A stretch of 64,000 bases of DNA from positions 49,104,001-49,168,000 of the forward strand of contig OZ249437.1 in assembly GCA_965235115.1 (NCBI GenBank). Direction: 5' to 3'. Below are positions 39,101 through 50,295 of this stretch, one piece after another. The position numbers and the translations under genes were made by a program. Each line of letters opens with the position of its first letter. Position 1 is the first letter of the stretch. The notes under the pieces are model-generated. The model was not told the origin of the DNA. It was given only the letters and a program-made list of their open reading frames with translations, and did no database searches. The DNA comes from Laetmonice hystrix (taxonomy: Eukaryota).

Positions 39101-42100
39101 CTTCTAGGCCAGGAATTGTCATTGAAATGAACTCGACAAAGGTGGCCGCGTGGGGAAGTGTGCCTGCCGTGTGCCGCCGCTTGCTGCCTGGGGCCACGAC
39201 CGCCCGCCCCGCCGCCCGGCCGACCCGCCAAGCCACTCAATCCTTCACACACCTTAATGGCTGCCTGCCTGCCAACCTCTCCACTGGGTCGGCCTACCTG
39301 GCTCTCTCCGGTCCTGCCGCCACAGGCCTCCCCGGTTGGGATTAATGACCCTTTTGTGACATAGAGAGCGTCATTGTTTCAATACACTGGCATTGTTCAG
39401 ATTGATGTTAGTGCCAACAGTCGACCCCTGTGGACCGCAAAACCGCGGTACCTTAATCCGCCTTCAAAGATACAGCCGCTTTTACACTTCTGTCAGACAT
39501 CTCACAGCTTTTCTCTCGCTGTGCCGGACCCCAAAAATGACCTTCAATGGCGAGCATGTTCATCTCTGACCCTAGGCCTGCCCAATGTCCAACGGTAACT
39601 CATTACACTACTGAGTCGTTGCACAACTTCAGTCGCACAGCCAGCGAACGTACTCCACAAAAACATGTACCCTATACTCCTCTAGCATGTGCAAAGCAAC
39701 ATCTTGCCTGCATTGGGTCTCGGCCAAATATGCAAATGAACTGGCAACAGCTTGCAGCTCCATTTTTCCATGACTGGCTGTGTCTGTCTTTATCTGACAA
39801 TGACTAACATTATAGTGAACGTGTATTCAATACATATTGGTTGGGTATAAATCGAGATATAAAGCCCAAATAAATTCAACAATCCACATCGAAGGTACTC
39901 TACAGTTTCAGCTATGTTCAGCATACCAGACTGACCCCTGGGGGCAAAGATAAGAACTAAAAGTATCTTTCCGCTCATGTACCTGTATGTCATTATTTTT
40001 CCCAAACTAACTCCGCGAATATAAAACCGCAACTTTTGCTGCCTCTATAATCGTCCAAATTTGTGCATGCTGTTTATGATAATCGTATTGATTCCACGTT
40101 GTTTTATTACGGGCTGCCATTAGTTAATTCTATCGATTTTTTAGTGGAAAATCAATGTGCGGACAGGAGTAGGAATATGATGTGCACCTTTGACGGAGGC
40201 CCAAATATTGTCCCGTGGCTGAGTCAATAATCATGTAGCGGCAGACAACCAAGCTCCCATTTCCTCCCCACACATATTAGCAAAACGGTCGATACTGTGC
40301 ATCTCCAATATTTGAAGATCTAATACACTTCGTTGAGAGCCAATAAGCTGCAGCTTCGGGGCCACTGTACCACGGTTACATTCCAAGTGGTTAACATTAC
40401 TCACATCATCAAGTGCAACGATTAGCACGCCCGAAAAGCTTATCGAATAGAAAATGCTTTGAAAAAAATATAACACGCTGCAACTTGGCAACGATTAGTA
40501 CTAATGACATTTCGAAGTCGTGGTACGTATATTGTCGTGCTTAGTTCCTTTTCTACTGGTAACGAATGGGTTCTTATCAAATATCTTCTCGTTTTTGAAA
40601 GTTAATAAATTAACGCTGTCCTCACTCTTGATTAGATCCCTTTACTGATTTGTTTATTCCCAAATTTCCTTTTAAACAACATACCAATCATATTATTTGC
40701 ACCTGCCCATTGTAGCTATTGACTACAACCTGCTAGCCATCATTCTAAACCACATCATCAATTGCAATGTGTTATGACACCACCTGATTGAGGAAGCAGG
40801 TTGGCTTTACGCTACTAGGCCCGAGTACTAACCATATGTTTCTTGGCCCACGTGAACGGAAACTGTTAGAAGAAGAAGAAGACTTGCCAAGTGACACAAG
40901 ACCTCGGGACCAAGACGACGTCCATAGATCACCAACACATGTGGTACAGACAGTCGTGAAGTCACACACTAGGTGATGATATTCTAGTCTGTAGCCATAT
41001 TTCATAGCAGACATATAGCCATCTTTCAATGGTTTTCTAATATTTTATGGCTATCCATCTGAAGAACTGTTAACGTGTTTGGAACACTTTACAGACACTT
41101 ATTATGATAAGTTTATGGCTGTTTCCTGATCTGCTGGTTCAGTGACTTATTTTCAGATCGTCTCATCATCCATATTCAACGACTTCTTACCACTCTGTCT
41201 GCGCGGACATGACCGTGAGCCTGAGGGGCCATCATTTACCGGTTCATGCCCCAAGGATTTGGCCAATATGTGGCCTGCTCCGCGTCTCGTCCCTACCTGA
41301 GAGGTGGTAGCAACCTTCACTTTGATCTGCTTTATTAAGCTGGCAGATCGACCGACAGGTGAGGACGTCGGTGCAGAGGGTGTGCTGCCAACACCAACTA
41401 ATACGCAAACCACCGAGCCAGTGGCTGCTGCTGCTGCTGCGGCAGATCGAGGCCTCCCCAGTTCCATCAGCGGCCGGGTGGAATCCTGCACAACCATCAC
41501 CCGGCCGACCTTCACCTCTCACCAAATGGGACATTTGGATGCTTTAGCAAGTCAGCAAGAAACATCGCCCAGATCATCGCCTGAAATGAACACTCTTTGT
41601 TTCAAACTCCTGTGTTTCTTCTCAGAAACAGGGAATACAAAATTACCGTATATTTTCTTTTCAAACCAATTTCGTACCCGCAGCCTACCCGGAACTAACA
41701 ATAGATATTCCTGTTTTTATAGCTCTTTCCGGGAGGAGCACATTCTGACCCTATTTCTATTTGCCACAATCTTTTTTAGGTTATGTTCTTTTCACTATAT
41801 CCTAGAGGAATGATTTAAATTTTCATTTCAGAGAAACCACACATAACATTATTACTGACATGTTTACTGCCTCGATAAAGTATCTTAACGAACACAACCC
41901 TGAAGCTTTCAGAAGGAATTTAGGAAAGCACCGTTCTTGGAGCATTGCCTCCTAGTCCACACTATACTTTTTATGTTCACTATACAGGACACAAAATATA
42001 CGTGTGCTAATGTACACCAATATCATTTAGAATGGGTTAGGTGTCTAATTCTTCTATCTGTTTGGTAAGGTCTGCTATATTGTCTTCCCAGTAAATATTT

Positions 42101-43628
42101 CATCTGCCCAAAGAAAGAAATCATTCGTCTGATTTTTAAAAAGGATATTAAAACACCGGTAATTAAGTACGTTGACAACCACGGGACACTCCCTAGTCTT
42201 CTACTTACCTTACTCTTCTCATACTCGACTTAAGACACACAAATAAACGATCACGGAAACCTTACGAGATGAACAAACGTCACATTACAAGGGGGCATCT
42301 AGAGGCACACCACATTAAAAGGGACTGAACATTTCGGAGGTCATTGATTACCACGAATCTAACTAAGAATGTTTATCATGTACCGTTGATCCTGGTGGAC
42401 CATAGGTTAACATTAACGGCAGGATAACAAGCAAAGTGAGATAGCGTTATTATATTGCACCTTGATATCCCGCATGTTTAGTTACAAGGGAAGGAAGGGG
42501 CTGAGAAACAACTCGGACACTAAGGTCACTGATATTTCATAGACACACTCTCAGACCTAGCGCACATTGTCGGTGTGTTGTTCATTCGGGGTATTATTAA
42601 ATGGGTACTTACATGATTTTGTGAATACTACAATAAATGCAAAAACAGTTGAGAGATTAGTCCACTGGAACATTGCACAATAATTAACGAGGTTCAAGTA
42701 CGGTACGGGTAATCATTAATACAATCGTATTTTGACTATAAAACTTAGCAATACCGAGCTGGAGCCTGGCTTACAACGGAGCTCAAGAAGGTAGCTAGCT
42801 CTTGCATGACGCAGGAGGGGGAGGAGGGCTTCGTTTGTTTCCGTCGTCTCCTGTCTTTGTGTGCGGTAGAAGGGTGGGTTGCAAGGGGTGGAATGGAGGT
42901 GGTGCGGGAGGGGGAGGGTAAGCTGGCCCTGAGCTGCCGCCGCCACGGTGGTACATCCTGTGTGAACATTTGCCAGGTAGCCTGGGCACACTGCCACACC
43001 TTTATGACACTCGCTACTGCTTAACTGGCAGATAAAAACGCCTAATCAATTGTCTTTCATATGGTGCACACCTGAACAATACCTGTTTATAGCATGCGCC
43101 TGGTTAACGTGCCGCGCCAGTCATGCCCACAGGGCGGTGTCTGCGAGGGTTGATATGATGTCAATAGCTCAACTACATGACATTTTATCATCATTCAATC
43201 CCAAACAACTCTTCAGACCCCTTTTCCCACGACCCGCCGCTTCTGGGCCATTCTGTCACCCTAATCCTAACTATTTCAAGTGCAAACATAAATCAACTTC
43301 CATAAAAGTGTCGGATAAGCGATCACCACGATAAAACTTGGTTCATCACCTCAAATAGGAAAGTTGTACGACCAGATACAAGGGTTTCCAAGAACGGTGC
43401 TGTAAGGATATCGAAGGAGGACGGGTTTAACCGGGCCCTCTTTTAACGACACCCAAAACCGTACCCATCCATGGCCGATCAGAATAACCTGACATATCAT
43501 TCACCCAACAATCACGGTTAGATTCACAGACTTCTCACACTTGTATGCCAATCAACAATTCTACTCTGAAAATCGATGGGGGTGGGCAAAACTCTAAACA
43601 ATCTGCCCAGCGAGCAAGTTATCATGAT

Positions 43629-43871
43629 ATATGATATGTATATAACTCATTGGTAGAAGGTACTGTTCCCCTTTTAGATCCTATCCTATGATATGATATG
43701 TATATAACTCATTGGTAGAAGGTACTGTTCCCCTTTTAGATCCTATCCTATGATATGATATGTATATAACTCATTGGTAGAAGGTACTGTTCCCCTTTTA
43801 GATCCTATCCTATGATATGATATGTATATAACTCATTGGTAGAAGGTACTGTTCCCCTTTTGGATCCTATC
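43629..43871. repeat. Tandem repeat, 62-bp unit, about 3.9 copies
   Basis: tatataactcattggtagaagg recurs at 43639, 43701, 43763 and 43825. Confidence 0.97.
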
Positions 43872-44277
43872 TTGTCTTATTGTCGGCGTTATTACTTTTC
43901 TATTACTGGTGAACCTAACCGGACTGTACGCCCCCGTTACTAATCCAAGTGTGAGTGTTGTATAGGTGTTGTGTACAATGAAAACCACCATGATTAATGC
44001 GACTGTAGGGAGTTGGGTCTCCCTCCACTCCCGACCAGCTGGCCCGCTGCAACCAGTTACAGCCATCTTATATGACATATGATAGAACCATCCATCACCA
44101 CCAAGCTCGGTTACAACTTCACGTGCAGCATGTGCCCACCCGTCGCCATGGCCGCCACACACTGTCACCAACAACAATAGCAGTTAGATCCTCCGTCCCT
44201 AAGACATTAGATAGACAGCTCGCGCATTGTTCAGAGTGACTCATCTTCAACTTAAGACTGAGGTCAATTATACTCAC

Positions 44278-44330
44278 TGAGCCACTTTTCCTCCGTTTGG
44301 ATTCCTGTGTAAATTTTCCTCCTCGTCCTC
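44278..44330 (-). CDS. TCF4/TCF12/da: E-protein exon (53 nt, phase 1 to 0): (G)GRGGKFTQESKRRKSGS, basic NLS-like
   Basis: Acceptor cattttctttttaacag|, donor TCA|gtgagt. Supplies the phase 1 to 0 link needed between the 46697 and 17363 exons. The KRRK basic patch sits where vertebrates have the KKVRK NLS exon. Confidence 0.85.
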
Positions 44331-46696
44331 CTGTTAAAAAGAAAATGATAAAAAAATATTAGAAACGTACTAGAAAATTCCAAAAAGAAATGAGTACATT
44401 CCAGTAGATTAACTTATTTTTTTTCTTTTTTTACATCAGACTGAGAATTCAATTGCATCAGCCAACACGCATAATGCCTTTCCGCATATTCTTCAGCAAG
44501 ATTAACAATAAAATTACTAAGTAGTACAACTGGAAAACGAATCCTTTAGACAAAACCCTGAAACGGTAGTTCATTTTTCGTTATTTTTCTGTTTACTCAG
44601 TTGAACTTCTTGATCTTTTTCTTGGTTTAAACAAGAACCTGATAACTGAAGATGTTTCGTCACGCAGGCTTGTAACATTCTAGGTTTCTGAGAATAAGCT
44701 TGACACGCTCTTTCGTGATTCTACAGGTGTGGAAAAAAGTACAGTGTATCTGCACACATGAAAGGTGTCAAACTGGTCGGACAGGCTGTACGTAATTCTT
44801 TCACAATTCAGATTATTTAAACTGCCCTCTGATCAGTACACTCATTGCTCATCCTTCGTCTTGACAAGTGTCTGACCTGAGCAGTGATTACGACGGAAAC
44901 CTTTGGTTGTAGTCAGCACGCTGCACCTATATACGCCAGCTGTGGAGCGTGGAGTGAACGTTTTAACATTGAGACACCTACTCGGAATGTACGCGTGGAC
45001 AGCGAGGTAACAATGAGGGGCACATAGAGATCATCCCGCCAGTCGTCCCCGGATTCACTTGTCACCAAGGTGGGGAAGGTTTCTACTACCTTCCTGCTAT
45101 GATCACATCTGTCTGCAGTTATCAACCTGTCCTGTCTAACCTCACACCTCTCTTCATAAGATATGGGCAAGATATTTCTAAAGACGTTTCATGTCTCTAG
45201 GGATTTCTCCGAAAACATGCAGTTAGCAGAATGATGGTTTTCGGGGTAGACTGGATCAGGACCTAGGGGTATTAAAACCAGCTCCAGTTTACTTGGAGTT
45301 CTACACGAACGACAATCTCGATCTGGGAGTTCCCCCTCCCTCTCCCTCACCATCTGGTCCATCCTGACAAGACAAGGTCACATTCTCCACCGTTTTTTTT
45401 AAATAATGTGGATTGCAGTGAGTGGCTGGGAAGGTCAAAGCAGTATGACCCCGGTCACAGGTCACAATGGCCTGTACAGTGGAAGCATTTATTGTGACCA
45501 TCTATTAAAGGTGTTCCCACGCCGGCCAAACAGATGTTACCACTGGATTTACGTCGACTCGAGTCAATCTAACACTCTCACTACACACACACCCATAGGT
45601 AACACACACACCCATAGGTAACACGGTTCTTTTGGAGGCTGGCTTCTACCGAAACACAACACAGCATTCCATTCACTCAATCTACTCACTCACCAACCAG
45701 GCATACAAATCTCTCTGTCATAGCCGTCTCTAATGAAGCAAGGATTTCTGGGTGGCGGAGTTTGGTGATTGGCAAGCACTGTTGGTCATCTTCAAGGCGA
45801 GAAAATGTATTCAGTCCGGGGCGATGAAGGTCGTACGGGAAGAAAACCGCACACCGGGTCAACGCCCTACTCGTTTCAATAAGTAACAAGACAAGGACCC
45901 CTGCATGAAATATTTCTAAGTATTCTTTGTGGACACTCACACCTGTTACCTGTGCAAGTCAGAAGTAACTCAGTAAAAGGAGCGAGCAATAATCATAACC
46001 AAAAACAATGTTGGCAACAGCAGCCACTCCCAGGCCCGCATAACATATTGACGTGCCCTCACAAAATATCTTCCAAAAATTTCTTAGATACTCGGCAGAA
46101 GCATTTAATATAGCATTTAATATTCTTATATATTATTATATTATCATTAAAACAACAGACACCATCAATCGGTATTATATGGCTGTGTCCCGGAACGTTC
46201 AAGTTAGTCAATGTAAACTGGACGACAATGTTAGATGCGTAATTCCCACTTTAGTCTTTGCCCTAAACCCTATGTCAACATGATTTGTATATTAGATGAC
46301 GGTGGAGGCCACATTCCACGGGTGCTGTATCATCTGGTTTCATTCACACGGGCCCACAAGGCAGCAGTAATATCAGGTGCTCTCACAGATCACACAGCCC
46401 TGCCTTCTCACGGCCAGCGCCGTCCCAAGTACACCCAATGCACAATTGATGCTGTCATCAGATAACTCCGATATGCTGGTGCCAGGGCAGGCCTGATTTG
46501 TGACTTTTCGGCATCTTCCTCTCCCGACTCACATTGTACATTGAAGTGGTCTTCAATAAGGGCAGACCATTTGATATGTTGGGGGGAGGGGTATGATTTT
46601 TCTTTCTCTGCAAACAATTTTCTATTTAGAAAACCAAACAAGACATCACTGAATTAGTGACGAAGAGAACTGCAGTAGATGCACGTGTGTACCCAC

Positions 46697-46811
46697 CTCG
46701 TAAAGATTCGTCCATAGAGCGTTTATTTGGGAAGTAATATGGTGAGCCAGGCTTACCCGCCTGCATGGGGTCTGGTGACATGGACATCCCACTGGGCAGC
46801 ATTGTCGTACC
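46697..46811 (-). CDS. TCF4/TCF12/da: E-protein exon (115 nt, phase 0 to 1): GTTMLPSGMSMSPDPMQAGKPGSPYYFPNKRSMDESLR
   Basis: Acceptor ttgtttgtttcag|, donor G|gtgggt. GKPGSPYY matches TCF12 GKPGTAYY and TCF4 TKPGSQYY. Confidence 0.92.
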
Positions 46812-48177
46812 CTGAAACAAACAAGGAAAATCAAACGTTAAATATATTACCTCCATAATGACATTACACTCTCAGAGATCCAGACAGGTCACTGCCATAC
46901 GTTTCGATGTGAAAACGAGTAATTTTATCGGTGTACCTCCGCCTGGAGATGATCATCACCTCCAAGTTGGAGAACTGCTGTCAAGAGACATCTCAGATAA
47001 ATAAATGGCGCATGATCTCCTATTTGTCATGCCGAACGATTAGGTCATATCATTGCATTGATTATATGGTGGATAAACCGATGTCCTAATATTTGCTTGC
47101 CTGAATAACTCGGTTCCAAACTTTTATTGATTTAAAAAACATTTTTACAAGGTCATTCTGTCAATGCCATACCAACTCTTTCACACAACGCTTTTTCAAA
47201 AGATACAATTCCTTGCTAAACACCTTACCAAGAGGCTTTGCTTATTTATTTTGCCGAAGATCTTGAGACTGTTAAGAATATTATTACCAAAATTCGACCA
47301 TAGGTTCGACGAACAAGCCTGACTCTCTCCTAAATTAGATAACGGTCACAGAGGAAGTACTCTCTAAACAAAATATCAAGACAAATAGAGCTCTTTCTTT
47401 GCTATTCACGACACGATGCATGGCCGTCTTTATATAAGAAAGCAGCCGGGTGGCAGACAAGGCGTCCAAGACCTGGCTGCGATCTGTGTGAGGTTAGCTG
47501 AAGGCAGGCGAAGGGTTAGGGTAGAACGACCCGTGTGGGTATCAGGTGTGTGGACTGGGGCTCAGGTGGGCTACAGGTAGGATCAATGGGGCCCCGAGGG
47601 TCGGGTGGGGGGAGGGAGAAGATAGAAGATGTCTTGTCGCTATACCGCCCTGGCATCACACACTCTGTGCTGTCTGCAGTACAATACAAGTAGTACAGCT
47701 TGGATTAGGGCTTGACGACTACACGCTGCGTTCTGACCGTTACCCACGGGGAAAAGGTCCACGATCCTGCTCCCTGTGTGAAATGGGTCTCTTGGAGTCT
47801 GTGTGGATCTTACAGACTGACCCTCAGGGCTCACCCTTGTACTAACTGGCCCCTACAAGCACGCAACCTTACAACCATTCCCCACATTATGAATCGCATC
47901 TATCCCCGGTATTTTTTCCTGCCCATGGGCATCCTTTGTCTCTGCAGACATGCTCTCCTCCAGGGGAGAACTCTACGTGACCACTTTGTGACCATTCTGT
48001 CTCACGGTTTGTGTCACCGTGTCTGTGATGCCTGAACAGTGTGAAAGACCGGTCTACCTAACGACAGTTGTACACCCGCCTGTGAATACCTTCCTTACTA
48101 ACGCGACACTTCAAGGAATCCATGATACTACAGAGAATGTGTCACTATAACATATTGATTACCAAATCTTCTGGTTA

Positions 48178-48335
48178 CAGGGTTTCCTGCTGGCCGATTG
48201 GGGGGGGGGGACTCCACAAAATAATCAGTTACTCCCCCAAAGTTTTCTGACATTTTTCCAAAATGCCCTACCCTAGCCCCCCCCCCCGTCCTTCAACTCC
48301 CCCCTTCCCAAAAGTGAAATCCTCTAGGAACGCTG
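48178..48335. mobile_element. Degenerate MITE-like relic (CAGGGTTTCCT ... AGGAACGCTG)
   Basis: Imperfect terminal inverted repeats with internal poly-G and poly-C runs; no recognisable TSD. Confidence 0.35.
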
Positions 48336-48665
48336 CGATAAGCTCGAATTCAGGCATGGGATGAAAACAGCAATGCCTTGGTAGAATATTCCCAGGGAGA
48401 AGAGACACAACAGAAAAGGTCTTTAAGAGTAAGTTCCGTGATTGCTTCTCATCAATTGTTTCATGACCGATGTAGCGTGTATCCCATCGCTGTCACATTC
48501 ACGCTCATCGGATTATTATTGTAATACACCACTGTAAATCCAGGATTAAATATTTTATTTCTTTTAATTCTGGATCTGCTGTTAACATTACACGTCGTCT
48601 ACTGCCGACATGCACGTATAGGCGTCACATTGCAGTAAATCACAATATGCATTCAGTATTCAGTC

Positions 48666-49300
48666 CTGGTTATCATACCAATGGTTACTGGGTATCATAC
48701 CAATGGTTACTGGGTATCATACCAATGGTTACTGGGTATCATACCACTGGTTACTGGGTATCATACCACTGGTTACTGGGTATCATACCACTGGTTACTG
48801 GGTATCATACCACTGGTTTCGGGTATCATACCACTGGTTACTGATTATCATACCACTGGCTACTGGGTATCATACCACTGGTTACTGGATATCATACCAA
48901 AGGTTAATGGGTATCACACCAATGGTTACTGGGTATCATACCAATGGTTACTGGGTATCATACCAATGGTTACTGGGTATCATACCAATGGTTACTGGGT
49001 ATCATACTAATGGTTACTGGGTATCATACCAATGGTTAATAGGTATTATACCACTGGCTACTGGGTATCATACTAATGGTTACTGGGTATCATACTAATG
49101 GTTACTGGGTATCATACCAATGGTTACTGGGTATCATACCAATGGTTAATAGGTATTATACCACTGGTTACTGGGTATCATACCAAAGGTTAATGGTTAT
49201 CATACCAATGGTTACTGGGTATCATACCAATGGTTACTGGGTATCATACCAATGGTTACTGGGTATCATACCAATGGTTAATTGGTATCATACCAATGGT
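48666..49300. repeat. Minisatellite, 22-bp unit GGTTACTGGGTATCATACCA(A/C)T, about 29 copies
   Basis: Clear 22-nt periodicity with recurring variant units. Confidence 0.98.
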
Positions 49301-50240
49301 TGATGAGCCTCATACCAATGTTTATCTATCAAACATCTCATATGCACACAACTATGGTGCTGACATGGACCTTGACATAGTTGAATGATATGATGCAGTC
49401 TCCAAATGCCAACGACGAGGGCAGGGCCTTGGTGGCTATTAATAATTGCTGCCTGCCAGCTGAGGAGGTCTCGGGGCCCGGAGACATACGAGCGGCTGGC
49501 TCAGATCACGGTCGATCCTTACCACGGCTCTCCGCCCACCTGGAGTGTGTCAGTCCCAACCTCTACTAATTACCGCTCATCTAGGCCTGCTCCCACCCCC
49601 AGCCCTCGCTGTCCTCAGGGCTGACTGACTGCTGAGAGGCGGCAGGTCATTGGGACGACCACTGGCTCCCTGGCTGACGACACGAGCTGCTCGCTCGTAC
49701 AGTTGACCTGTCCCGGTCAGTGCATCTTTAGCATCAGTATCTGGCTTCACTCAAAACATGGGGTTGTTATAGTCGCTCCGTGATTTTTCATCCCCATCAC
49801 ACATCATCTTCACCTTACCCAACATGAAGGGCCACTCTTCCTACACTGATCTAGTTTTATGTTTTAGCTCACGTAAAAAATTGCCATCTTTCTAGATGTC
49901 GATATTTGATCCACACTAAGGGCCAAATACTCGGTGATTGCCCATGGGACGAATGCACATAATGTCTTCACTCTCCAATGTCCTCAAGGTCAATCCAACG
50001 GTTCCACCAAGAAACTTGTTGTACGACTTTGTTCTGTTTGTTGATTGTTGTGTTTATTTTTGGTTAGGGCGGGGTTGGTGTTTACTATTGAGGTAGCGGA
50101 TCCACTCAGGAATGCATCAATAGTTTTTGGTAGAAATGGTGGGCACCGTCCTTACATCTCAAACCGCGCCGACCACCGACAGACCGCGGCCCATCGTTCT
50201 GGTTACCCCGCCGACCGGAGAGTCCTCCCATGGCCCACCC

Positions 50241-50295
50241 GCCGACCGACCCGCCTGACGACCGACCGACCCGCCTGACGACCGACCGACCCGCC
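50241..50295. repeat. Short GC-rich tandem repeat (gaccgaccgacccgcctgac-type unit, about 3 copies)
   Basis: ccgaccgacccgcctgacgaccgaccgacccgcctgacgaccgaccgacccgcct. Confidence 0.8.

Noticed and set aside
17364-44277. Search for a Drosophila-type Da N-terminus (SDDEPMHLYEVFQNCF) exon and for bHLH exons
   Set aside because: Not found by eye; the bHLH exons must lie beyond position 1, and part of the intron is hidden by the gap.
47140-47260. SFTQRFFKRYNSLL, faintly like the C-terminal motif of CR1/L2 LINE ORF2
   Set aside because: Too short and degenerate; no RT motifs nearby.
48647-49303. Several plus-strand ORFs with repeating GYHTNGYWVSYQWLLGIIP
   Set aside because: Translation artefacts of the 22-bp minisatellite, which cycles through frames; not a gene.
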